Of a stretch of 64,000 nucleotides of DNA, positions 51,764 through 64,000 are shown one piece after another. The position numbers were made by a program, and so were the translations under genes. Position 1 is the stretch's first letter. Each line of letters opens with the position of its first letter. The notes under the pieces were generated by a model, which was not told the origin of the DNA, made no database searches, and worked only from the letters and a program-made list of their open reading frames with translations. Source of the stretch: Lingula anatina (taxonomy: Eukaryota > Animalia > Brachiopoda); the NCBI GenBank assembly GCA_051362555.1, contig CM120646.1, positions 6,820,001 to 6,884,000 on the forward strand. The letters run 5' to 3'.

Positions 51764-54628
51764 GTACAAGGCAGTGTATGATTTTTTGTTTTGAAACACA
51801 TTTTCACCACAAAGATAAAACAAGACATTATATATAGACTCTACACATATCTATGACTACCACTCTGTTTTGTGCTGCAATGCTCTGAGACTATTTTGTG
51901 TTTGAACTGTAAGTAGCTATCAATTTCAAGGTGCATTTTCCATGATTTGATTTATTTCGCAGGGAATTTTGATTTTAAAGAAATGTTTATACTGTCTCTC
52001 CTAAATACAATAAATACAATTTATCAATTCAAGTCAAACTATATTAAAATACATCTGAAGTTAATAGATCGTTTTATTTTTCATTTACCTTGTATAGCAG
52101 CATCAGTTATTGACAGTGTGCATTTGATATAAAATAAGTACACACACAAATGAAAGCCATTCGCTTCCTACCCCCCCCCCCCCCCCACCACAACACAATA
52201 TGTATCTTACACCTCTTTAGCATCTCCACACCATTTTAAATGGATGAAATATGACTTCCCATGGTTAACATTTCCGCTTGCTCTTTCCCTCTCCCTCCCT
52301 CCCGGCCTCGCTAGCTTTTCTGATGGGTTTATAATATCTCAAGGTAGGAGGATTCATCATTTCTAGTCCTAGTTAATTTGAGAAACCCTCCATAGCGGCC
52401 CAATTTGAAGCGTTTTCCACATTTTGCGGATAATGATGACGACATTTTGATGCGCGAGCGACATGTTACGCTTTGCTTCTCACTTTAAAGTGTGCTCGAG
52501 GATTCTTTGTGTGTACACGTGCGATTCTGGGTTGAAGGATTTTTTCTGCGTGTGTTCTTGAAAACGCATTTGTTTTTAATGGAAGTACGCGTAGAATCTC
52601 TATTGAAGAATGAGCGTGTTTGTGCGCAGTACGAGAGTCGTATGTCATAATTAGTCTTATTTCAGAAATCAAAATTGGACCATGTATTAAACACACGTAT
52701 AGGAATGGCACTAAAGCTCAAGGAAAGATGAAAGTTGACTAAAGGGAATTTGTGAAGTAATTCCTAAAATGCCTCCACCCCAAGTCTAATATATTTCTTT
52801 CTTTTTGTAAACATGTGAATGATTTTATGCTATTCTAATCACTGCAGTTAGACATATATTTGACTTATCAGCTTAGCAAAGTCTTAAAATTTCAAGTGAA
52901 GAAATGTTGATATTTATATCTGGCTACATGTCTCTGTTTAATGGTGTGCAATATTAGATGCGTTGTAATTTTTCAATCAGTACATAGATAGTGTATATCA
53001 TTAAATAAACACAAACACTGTATTCATTTTACCAATTGCAATGTCTTTCGTGCGTTTAAAAAAGGCCACTTTGCTATTACGTATTTCTCAGAAACTCTGC
53101 CAATTTTATATTATGCCCCAACTCCAACCCCCACTCCCCCTCACCCTGTTCTGTTTTTACCATAAGAACGTTCGCGTGAACTGGTATTTAATAATACATG
53201 CAGTAATAATGTCAATTCATATCCCGTAACCGTTTTCAAGTCTTAATAGACGAAGAGATGTGTCTGATTTCTCGTCCTGATGTCGCTCATCTATAACTAA
53301 TTGCTCGGCATCAGATTTATGTTGGTTTATCTGCTTGTCATACTTTCCACGCTTGGTGCTCTAGTGTGTTACCGGTATTAATCTTGATACACCCCTGACG
53401 GGTAGGGTCACCACAAATAGGAACTTAATGGAAATTAAGAGCGCATATTTTGATAAATTGATGACTCTGTCGCAAAAACGAGAGAAAGATGAGGATGAGT
53501 TAATCGTGATAGCGTTTTAAATGCTCCTCTGTATATTTGCTGAGCGTTAATAGGCCCTAGATAACATCTTTATCTGTATTAATCGGTCACGGAGGAGTAG
53601 GAAAATAACACAAATAATAAGGGCTGATATTTAAAGTTGCTTTGAACGTGGTGTACAAGTGCCAGGATCTGTTTACTATGCATTCCACATCCTTCAAAGC
53701 TATTCCATTGAGATTTTTTTTTCAATTGTTGAGGCAAAAATAAAAAACGAGAAATATTATATTACAGTAAGAACGATAACTGAAAAAAATATATTGAGCA
53801 ATGATGGATTTAAAAGACCAGAAAAAAACTAAAGAACCATAAATATGCATACATTACACTTCAATGTTGACGTGGAAAGGTTTCCTTGCTTTTTTTAGTT
53901 GAGTGCTTTAACTGTCTTGTTAATTTACTCGAGTTACTCATTTATTACACTGCATTTTGGGAACTAATTATTTTTCTGTAATACATTAGGCAATTACATA
54001 GTATTGGAATGTTTAGAATCCTATTGTACTATGTTGCATTTTACCTCATGTATTGCTTCATACCGAATCATGTTATGAAACAATTTCATTTTTAAGTAAA
54101 ATCTTCCAAACAGAATTACAGCATTAACTGACCACTTAATTTTAGTTTTCTAAATAATAAAACTTCCATGTGATATTTCAACGTGTTACATGTAGCTACA
54201 CATTGAACTCTCTTGAAGTAAAGAATTTTATATTCTCTGTCTCCCTAACATTGCTGCACCACCTTACATACTGCAAATGGCAATTGGTATCAAGAGACAT
54301 ATGTCATTTCTTCAATGTCTTAATTACACTTTGCTACCTCAACTTCCGCGCTACTTGACGCTACTTTAAGTCACTAATGTGGGCACACCTAGACGGCCTG
54401 GCATGGGATAAAACGTGTCCATACTGATAAGTATTTTGAAGCGATTAGATTTGAATATGTATCGTACAAATTGATACGAAGTGGGGTACTTGGAAATAGA
54501 TGGGGCATCATAAGGAACTTTCAGGGACTTCAATGATTTTCAGAGACGCGTTGTTGTAATAGAATCAAAATGATTCCAAAGTGGCCCCGTCCCGCTGTTC
54601 AGTAGATATCTCTAAAGGCGGCTTGGAA

Positions 54629-54753
54629 AGAGAGAGAGAGAGAGAAATAGAGAGAGAGAGTGAGAGAGAGAGAGAGAAACAAGACAGGAAAACTGATAGA
54701 CAGGCCACAGAGGGGCGGGCTGACGGACAGACAGACAAACAGACAGACAGACA
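54629..54753. repeat. (GA)n and (GACA)n microsatellites in the Post2 intron
   Basis: Read directly from the sequence. Confidence 0.9.
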
Positions 54754-56566
54754 ATACGAAAAAAAACTCTCACATGCTTACAACCAATGCACTAGATGCC
54801 CGCAAGAGAACACGCACACCCCTCTCATCAACCATAATAAACCAACTGTTCACAGCCACAACAAAAACTCATTTTCGGAGCCGGTGAAATCGACACTATA
54901 ATCATAAGGTAGAGGGGGATGTAATGATTTATAATGATAGGATGGCGTAGTGAAATCGGGTTTTATACCCGCGTAATGGAGACCACTGGGTACAGATTTG
55001 ATGCACGTCTGGTTTACAGTAAGATAGCAGCTGATACTGTATTTCTCCCTTTGTTCTATTGATGTTATTTTTCCTAATTATATCTATTTTTGTTTTAACC
55101 CTGCATGCGTTTTGCCCTTTTATTGAGATTTTTCTATATTTATATCGTATTCCACGGAGCGTGCTGTAAGCTCAACACATGTATATATTGTTCAATAAAA
55201 AACGAACGCAATCAATGAACAAAATCGTTAATGCTCCGGTAAAATATGTGATATGCTTTATCTATTTAAATATGGAAATCATTGATTTTATTCTATCACT
55301 TTGTAGTTCTATTTTTATTTAAAATCTATACACACTTTTATCTGATTTAGCTCATAAGGAAAAATGCCTCAAATATTCAATGTTGACTTCAAGTATGGTT
55401 TAACAGCCTTATGAAATTGACCACAAATGTCAATAAAAGAAATAGTTTTGTTGGCCGCTTACCTATAGGCCCTGTGTATATTTAATTCTGTATACATGCA
55501 CTAACTTAGTCCAATATCAATCTCATTTGTTTATCTGATCCACTTTTTTCTCTGTGAATTTGCAATTTACTTTATTTATTTATTAGTGTAACTCGTGTTG
55601 CACTGTACACGTGTCTATATTACATGTATGACAGTTTATATAGTTATTAATAATAAATATTGTGAACCCCGAGTGTGCCCCTAATTTGTTCCTCTTTTCA
55701 TCACTGGTGAGTACTTACTGGTGAGGAAAGTTATAGAAATGTTTTGTTTTTTTTTTTTAATTGTCATTACGTTTGAATGTACCAGCATATATTTTTTAAT
55801 ATGATGGGAATTATAATAACATTTGGGATATTATCTTAATAAGAATGTTTGACTAATTCAAAATAAATAAATAAATAAATAATTGACTTAAAGCAACAAA
55901 TAATATAACAGATTACTTGCATGTAATGTTACCTTGGCAGAAAACCGTGAGTTCTCTATTTTTTTCTTTAAAAAATATTATATTTGTATTCACTTTCATC
56001 TTTATCGGCCGCGTTATGCGTTTTGAGCAAAGCAAATATAAAAAAGTATATCTATAAAGTTTATTTATCTTTTCAAAAAATTAACTTTCATTAGAAAATA
56101 TTTATAAACTTTATCTATTCACTCATTGCTTTATTTACTCAAGCATCTGCTTTTCACATTTTATCTGTGGCCATGTTTTATCTGAAATTAGGCTTCTTAA
56201 TTGTATTACGTGCGCCGATTTAAACATGTTCACTTTCACAAGGGCATGAATTAATATTTATTATCACATAATGTTGTATCCTTTTATCTTTTAAAACATT
56301 TTACCTTCAACACTTGTTGTTGTTTATTTATATCAGTATTATTATTTTTTCATCCTATAATGTTACTTCTTGTCAGTAGGCCTAAGCCTATGTGTGTTTC
56401 CAAAACAATCGATAAATTTCTGAACAGGTTTGTTTATGGAGTATAGGGCACTTAATTAGACATACTGTCTGTCTAAACACATGGTATGATGAGCCAGTCA
56501 GTTAAGAGTTCGTCGTAATAAATTAATGAATAGATAAAAATAAATAAATAAAAGAATAAAAAGACA

Positions 56567-56567
56567 A

Positions 56568-56618
<51 letters not shown>

Positions 56619-56619
56619 A
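56567..56619. repeat. (AAAT)n microsatellite
   Basis: Read directly from the sequence. Confidence 0.95.
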
Positions 56620-56737
56620 CAAGCGAAGATATACAGACATTTGTATTTCAGGTTGGCAAAAACAACATTCTAAACCATTCTAAATACGTCGCTTTTTTGT
56701 TCTGCTTTGTTTCTTATATAAAAAGATAAAAATTTAC

Positions 56738-57284
56738 CTGAAGAGGAGGTTTCCGATCCGCTGGAATTATTATTTTGGCACGAGACTGAAATGTCCCCTG
56801 TGTAAGCAGCAGTCTGGACCTGTAGTGTGGGACTCAGCTCCGCACTGGAGTACATACCACCGTGGACCCCTGGATGCGCCCCATGGGACACGGGGACCCC
56901 GGCGGGGTTACTCGGGTACATGGAGGTGTCCCCATAAAGGGGAACCATCGCCCCTCGGGTGGGCAGGGGACTGATCTGCATCTGTTGGCAGCTTGGGAGG
57001 AAATCCCCTCCACCAAAATGTCCATAAGGATTCTTGTGCGGATTCGGAACATTTGGGTAATGTGTGAGATTATAGGAGCCGTGGTGGTGCAGGTACCCTG
57101 TGTTTTCAGGGGCCGGGTTGTAGTTCCATCCATTTTGTGCCGGCATGAGGGGACGCCTCGTGATGTCCTGCGGTGGTGGCGCAGACGACAGCATCATGCC
57201 GCAGCTCATGGCAGGAACTTGTTGATATGTCGTCTGCACGCCAGAAGTTCGCTGCAAAATGGACGCAGCGTTGGACGAGTTCAT
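56738..57284 (-). CDS. Post2: Post2 first coding exon
   Basis: GC-rich ORF (MNSSNAASILQ...SSGSETSSS) rich in P/S/H/Y/G, typical of Hox N-termini. Donor CAG|GTAAAT at 56737 is phase 1 (547 nt), in frame with the 51501 acceptor. The joined protein reads ...[15 protein letters not shown], about 261 aa. Confidence 0.85.
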
Positions 57285-57299
57285 CTAAAGGTGTAACAC

Positions 57300-57325
57300 C
57301 TGGAAATTAAAAAAAGAAGAAAATG
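57300..57325 (-). other. Post2: 3' splice acceptor just upstream of the Post2 ATG (implies an upstream 5' exon)
   Basis: Minus strand reads CATTTTCTTCTTTTTTTAATTTCCAG|GTGTTACACCTTTAG-ATG: a strong polypyrimidine tract and CAG|G 15 nt before the ATG. Confidence 0.6.
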
Positions 57326-60300
57326 TAAGAAATTCGGGAGAAAATGACAACGCCATAAGTCCAATTGTCTAAAAACTAAGACAAAAATTCTCTCCCACAC
57401 CAAATTCCACTGATGGATTAATACATCTGGGTTGACCAGGTTCCCCTGAATAGGAGAGAAGGGGGAGCAAACGATCGAAAGCAATTTTAAGAAAAAAGTT
57501 CCAAAAAACTCTGTAAGATGCCTTGCAATGGCTAGACGTTGGGCGAGTTCATTTTAAGGGGGAACACCTAATGTAACAGGCAAAATAATACATATTCAGA
57601 AAAGGAGCAAACATTGTGAACTTTTTGCCTTCAGTAGGTGTTCAATTATTATCATCATATTTGATATGTTGCTCAATTATCAGTGCGCCCTCCGATTTCA
57701 GACATCGCACTTACTTTCAATTGGTTTTGATTTGAATGTGTTGATTGAGGGGGTAATAAACTGATATGAAAAATAAGCAGTGCATTTAAATAGGTATGAA
57801 AAATGAATTTCCGAATCAGGACATTCATTGTAAAGGCAATTAACTACATACATATAATTACAACGGGATACATGTGCTTACTTTGGCATTGACATTGTAA
57901 CTTAGAATATGATATGTATATTTAAAATTATCCTATTTTGGAACTTCATCATTCTTTGCAGACACGGTCAAAACGATAAAGCAAAGAAAAATTGTCTCGA
58001 GTATTTTATTAAAATCAAAGCTGTTGTTCTACAGTGTATACGGATAACGTTACGCTCTAATTGAGTACTGGTGCATGCAAGAGAAGAGATTTACAAATAT
58101 TTACCAATGTTGACATTTTTAAAGAGCCCTGTAATATTCCGACTAATTTAGCCGAAATGTGGATGAGTAGTGATTATTTGTATAACCATGCGAATATATG
58201 TTTTTACAAACTGCCTCTGCCTGGCATTTAAAAGTTCTTATTGATATCTGGTTTTATTTTACATTTTTTAATTATGTTTCTACCCAATTATGCAAGTTTA
58301 GTCATTTATTTTTTCTTAGAATCTCAGGAAACACATAAGTACATTGAAAAGATACTAATGATTAGGTACTAGCAATCTCTACGTGATGGTCATACGGCCG
58401 ACATGTGCTTGTGATGGACATATTACAGTATTTGCCTATTGATTTATTTTTACGTTTGATCAATCTCTTTGTTCATTTGTTTGCTAATCTTATAAGCTGT
58501 CAATCATTCTATGTGTTTGTTTGCTGATTCAGATATTCATTTGTTTCTCCTTAGCATTGTTTGTTACCTTCGCATCTGAAAACAATCTTGTTTCAATTAT
58601 GCCTGATTGAGAAATAAATTCGTTTCGGCGCAGCATTAACATATTATTCAAGTTCTACCTAGTACAAAATGAAAACCATTCTATTGATATTACAAAACAC
58701 TACAAATTGTCTTTTTTGTCGCCTCCGTGTTTTTATTATTTTCTATGAAACATTTTAAAATAAAAAAATCAATTAAGACAAACGCATATAGCACTTCTAA
58801 TATAATGATTACAGTAATGCCCAGTGTAATTAAATTGCATTTAGATACACAAACGACAACTTTATATCTACCGACCGAAAGTATAAAGCCACAGATTAAA
58901 TCTGAATAACAGTTAATTATCGTAATTGACTATCGAACAGTAGTGTCTTCTCCAACAAGGCCAATTCCCTTCCCAAGTCGCAGTCAAACGGCTTGACTGA
59001 GCGGGATAGCACATCGTATCAGTTTCACTGTTCTGTCCCGATTATATTTCTAATGAGTGGGTGAGAGAACCGCTTACATCGCTCAATAAATCACGAGTAA
59101 TTGTACCGCAAGAGGACGCTACACTTTGATCTAACTTTGAATGCGTGTGCAACCCCTTTTCCTCCGATCCCCAGTTTCGCGCTTCTGTTACAAAGTCGTC
59201 TGCCATGAACCAGGACCGCAGAAACTGGATTGTCATTTATACACAGTCCGGGCCAAAATTCTGTGTCCCTTTAACTATGAGAGCCAGTGGAATGTATATC
59301 TATAATAAAACTTCACAACATGGTGGCGTCAAGGACTGTCCGTGGATTTCGACTTCTTTTCAAAGTCTCGGGTCTCATTTATAACTTGAACAATACTAAT
59401 GGCCTCCTCGGTAGTTGCGCGGTTGAGGGGGTGAGGGGAATATTTGTTTTGGTGGCAAGAACGCTGAAAACCGAAGAGAATCGTGTAAACTTTGCAATGG
59501 CTACCGCAGTCTTGTCATTTGTCTTTTTTAGCAGGCAAAAAAAAAATTCTGACAACCACCTTTTCCCCTTTGAAAAAAAACTAAGCTTTGGTTTCATTTA
59601 AATATAATAAAAGAAATATTTGGGGTTTGTCACCCACGACGTAGTAAAACGGTTCTTCCGTACTAGTAGATATACGCGGTGATGTGTGTACGTAAACGTC
59701 CGATTTTTCTTATATTCTATGGAAAGCTATATCGATTGACACTCATTTCAGCTTAAAGCTGATTTAATGAACTGAATTTTATTACAACACATGTATATGT
59801 TGATATATTGTTGACATTATCCTTCATTTGCCTATTTATCTTGCATGTTATTTTTTCTTATTTCTCTTGCCAACATCTACATATACAACTAGTATATGTT
59901 CAATTGTCTCTAATTTGTGTTATCTTCTCGCTCCTTTTTCCACACATATTCTTTTCTTTTTTTTGCAAATATCATCTGTTTTACCATGTTAATTTGAATA
60001 ATGTATTTATCTACTTTAAAATTATCGGTTCATTTATTATTCTCATTTGCTCATTTATCTAAATTGAACTAGTGTCCTTTGATGACTTATTAGACGTAAA
60101 CAATTTCCGTTGACTATTAGGTGAGTTCCTCGAACTGTTACGTCATACCAGTACCTATACCTTCACTGCTGTATAAGAATAACCATGTAATTATGCTGTA
60201 AAAAATATGAATTATCCGGAAGCCTCGCCCATTGTTTAATTGTTATGTAAAGCTATCTCTCCAAAAAGTTTTAAATGAATACCCAAATTACATATACTCT

Positions 60301-60573
60301 CTGTTCCTGCTTTTGTTTTCTGTTTTATAGATGTTTTCCCTCAACAGTAAAAAGGCAGTAAAAACAGATGCATCTATATCTAAAAGAACAGTTAATTAAT
60401 GAATTAATTTTTAGACATTTACCAGCAAGACACTATTTACACATTTATCTTAAAATATATAAGAGTGAGAAAACACCGAACCGGCTCTGAATCCGAAAGA
60501 AGTTATGCATAATGCACAGTTCATTTGATCCTAAGGATATCCTCTTTCACAAGTTGAAGGAATCCCTTTATAC

Positions 60574-60591
60574 TGCTGACCTCTGGCGGTG
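60574..60591 (-). promoter_or_regulatory. CTCF-like site upstream of Post2
   Basis: Minus strand CACCGCCAGAGGTCAGCA has one core mismatch (GTC for GGC) and the same orientation as the 42721 site. Confidence 0.35.
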
Positions 60592-63500
60592 ACTTTATGA
60601 ACTCTATCAATGTTGCATGGTAAACAAACGTATGCTTAGTAAACATGGTTTTTGAAGGTTTGGTGTGGCTAGGCATGTTCATGCCATCATGCCAAACACT
60701 CAACAGGGTCAAAAATGATAGTGACACATGAGTAGCCTTGAAGTCTTCCTGCACGAAAAAAAATCTTAAAACGTACTTGTGCGTCATGCTTTCCTTTTAA
60801 AATCATGTCATGCTAAGAAGTGCAGTTTACAGCATGGCCCTACTAAACCTGTCATTGACAATCTGATTTGATATTCACAGTGCAACCCGCTTACCTTCTT
60901 CAAACTCTTGAAACTGCCACGATGCCGTCGTAAAATAAAACTTTAAGTCCCTTTTAAGCAATAAAACACGGGGCTCTGATTTGTGCGAAGCATCACTTCC
61001 AATTACTTTAATTCATCTCAATAGCTTAAGGTTAGGAACTACTTTCGAGACCTCTGAAGTACCACGTGGGTCGTTCACAGCCAATCACCTACGAGCTCAC
61101 AAGTTCAAAGGCAGCCGATCAGATTTAAAGGCCCATATTGTTATACTTGAGGCTTCCGAATCTATTTCAATTAGTCATCGTAGTAGAACTGCGTGTTCTG
61201 TCGGTGCATTTCTATACAACAAGAATCAATAAAATTTGTGGTCTTTTTATTGGGATGTTCGAAGGCGACCAGAGAGTGGATGTTTGCAAGATGTGATGAG
61301 GAAATGTCTGATGGGGTCTTTGATCTTTTTCTACGTTTATTGTCAATCTGAGTTTGTATGAGGGTGGTAATAGTCGGAACGACCTGATACAGAGCATAAA
61401 ATTGTTGCATCTTCACTTCCGCTATATCATCAATTTTGACATTCTTAACAACGTTCGATTTAAATTGTTTATGAGCTGAATGCTTCTCTTTTCGTATTGT
61501 ATCATTGTATTACTGTTTTTTGTTCAAGCCGTACTTAAAAAACGCCCACTCGCCTTCTGTAAATACCATCATTTAAAAACCATTCAAACATTTCAGTTAG
61601 TTGATACAAGTATACGTCTTCAAAAGATGTTCATAATTTACCAAAAACATAGCGGTTTGCATTTTCCCAGATATTGCTATATTCAAAACCCATTTCAATT
61701 TTTTTTTTACAAACAAACATTCAAATTGAATTGCAGAATAGCCATTTGTAGCATTCAGTGTAGCAAAAAATATGTTATTATCATTTATCTATTTATTGCC
61801 TATTATATTCTATCACTATCATCAGTTTGTGTTTAAAAATCATTCTAGAAAAAATTGTTTACGCTATTTTTTATCTTAAAGTGTCCTCATGTACACGTGC
61901 GTTAATACTTGTGTTGGCAAAAGCGTCATGAGTATCTTTATTTAGCATACTCTTTTTAATATTTATTAAATTTTATCTTTCTTATCATCAACATTGGTTG
62001 TAGAAGCCCTTAAAGCAAAAATGTTCAAGTAAAAGTGGATTTTTTTATCTTTAAAAAGCGACAATTAAAGAGAGGAATTCCTATTTTACTAGTAAAGGAA
62101 CATCCAAAAATAATTTTCCGGCAAAATGTCCTCATATTTCATCAACAGAACCGGGTGCATGCCGGTAATCGTTTTAATTGCTATTACAAGAAATTCTTGT
62201 GCACACTAAATAAAACTAAGTATTATGCAAAACCATTTATACAGGATAACATGAAATCATTATTCACCTAAATAACACGTCTTTGTTTCAATAATAATAA
62301 TAGGTCTCTTGGTTTGCAGTTAGTGAGCGACTTCCATAGGCTCTAGATTTCGGCATTGCCAGCTCGATCTTGATTATATATATATAACCCACACCAGCAA
62401 TACCGTAAAGCACTGTAAAGCTAACATATGGAAAGGTATAGTGAGCAAACTAGCTCTATAGTGCCCTGACACTCGAGGTAGAACGACGAGTCGCATTGGA
62501 CACCCTTATTAATACCCGCTGTCATTCATATTCGAAAAGAGTAAATTATTAACCAGACTCATAATGGAACCAAATTGGACTGGGTAAGAACAGGATTTAA
62601 AGTGTCCTTCTCTTTTTTTTAAATTTTATTACTACAGCGATAAGCGCTAACAGGCGCTGTCTCCTTCTTGCCACCGTTTGTTTACAAGGTTGTTTATCAC
62701 CCTGGTGTGTTTCATAATATAAGAAAAGCTAGATCCCACCGACTCACTGTCTAACTCCATGCGTCTGGTAGAGTCACTGACTCTTATATCACTAGATGAC
62801 TTAAATAGTGGGAATCATCTAACACAGCCTACTTGTAAAACGAGGCCGTTGCCACCGCGTGACGTCACTGGACACTAGAAAACTTGCGGAAAATAATTCG
62901 AGTGGGGTGGGGTTAACTGTTTAACGATAGAGGGTGAAACTGTAAATGATGTGAATAAAGATTTAGAAGGCAATGCAAAAGAGACCCTCCAAACTGCAGT
63001 GAAATATGGTGCAATAGACTGTAATTAAACACATATGAAAACTGCCTGAAAATACGCTATTTATTATTCACACTTTTGTGCGTTGCAGCCTGCACGCACT
63101 AACTGGTCATTATGTTACCAAACTATCTTACAAATCTTGCGAGATTGCACTTCGTTTTACACTAAAGCCTTCAAAAGCAATCATAATCCCCAAAATACGC
63201 GATACTTTGGGCATGCTCGGAGGATTTCCGTTCTCTTTTGTTTCGTTTTGCGAGGTGAGGAGTTTCATTTCAGGCAGATGAGTTTTAAAAATGCAATTTT
63301 ACAGGATTTTTGTCAAGAGATGACAATTCTGGGATTTTTTTTGACTAGGAAACTGCTTGCTGACGTCACCACGTGCAGATCTCATGAAACAACCTGAGAC
63401 CGAAAATTGGAGAAAATTTTAAGTTCTAAATTTCCCTAAATTTCTCTAAATGAAGCAGTAGTAGTCCAAGTAAAAAAAAAAAGAAAACGGAAAAGAAAAA

Positions 63501-64000
63501 AAGACATCCCCAATATTTCAGACTAATGCTTACTTCATTTAATTGTAATATCAAGGATTTATCCTAAGCCAAACTATACAAACTTCTGGTATAAAACTTA
63601 AATCACCTGCCCCTCTATCTGAAACCAGTATAGATATATATTTGTGTTCTTTGTGAACACAGAGTATTACGGCACCTGCCAATTCTCCCATTATATGTGA
63701 TGAAGACACAAGGCTGACCCAAATTTCCCAGTGTTCTGTTAGCACCCCCCCCCCCCCCCCCCCAATTCCCTAACCCCAATCTCATCTCCTTGAATGGTAA
63801 TTGTTCACACCAAAGCAACTGATATCTTCCTTCGGACTAAACATTCCTTCCACCCACCATATGCAATTAACAACACTGAGATTCGTTTATTTTTCGCCAA
63901 AAGAATTTTTGAGACCTCCCCCCTGCCCTATCTATATATCGCGGCAATTTACGTCTGATTGTGGCGCAAAGTAAGAGCTGTCGTTCTCTCTCATCTCCCT

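Larger units (their letters stand above)
51502..56737 (-). other. Post2: Post2 intron (~5.2 kb, GT-AG, phase 1)
   Basis: Compatible donor and acceptor phases; no other coding-like exon recognised in between. Confidence 0.8.

Noticed and set aside
4729-54935. Scattered TGATTTAT Pbx-Hox sites
   Set aside because: An AT-rich 8mer; the number seen is compatible with chance.
56834-57296. Overlapping alternative-frame and antisense ORFs on Post2 exon 1 (also 24526-24891 on Lox4 exon 1 and 3955-4191)
   Set aside because: Shadow ORFs of GC-rich or repetitive coding sequence; no recognisable protein.

Overview
AT-rich animal genomic DNA containing part of a lophotrochozoan (spiralian) Hox cluster. 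Two spliced homeobox genes lie on the minus strand in colinear order. Lox4 has exons at 25061-24569 and 4354-3984, a 20.2 kb phase-1 intron, and about 287 aa with an FYPWM hexapeptide and a UbdA-type parapeptide. Post2 has exons at 57284-56738 and 51501-51263, a 5.2 kb phase-1 intron, and about 261 aa. I found no Lox2 homeobox in the ~26 kb between them, which fits brachiopod/phoronid-type clusters. The rest is non-coding: microsatellites, small MITE-like or palindromic repeats, a 125-bp tandem repeat, and CpG-containing regulatory-looking islands. The most interesting signals are post-transcriptional and architectural. (1) The putative Lox4 3'UTR carries a dense set of seed sites for ancient miRNAs: 8mers for miR-10, miR-7, miR-9, bantam, miR-281 and miR-153, a Brd box, and an extended miR-100 site. 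(2) Pumilio elements cluster just after the Post2 stop codon. (3) A candidate alternative, hexapeptide-less first exon lies inside the Lox4 intron and would splice in frame to the homeobox. (4) A consensus CTCF site lies between Lox4 and Post2. All motif calls were made by eye, using miRNA and motif sequences recalled from memory; nothing was searched or computed with tools.
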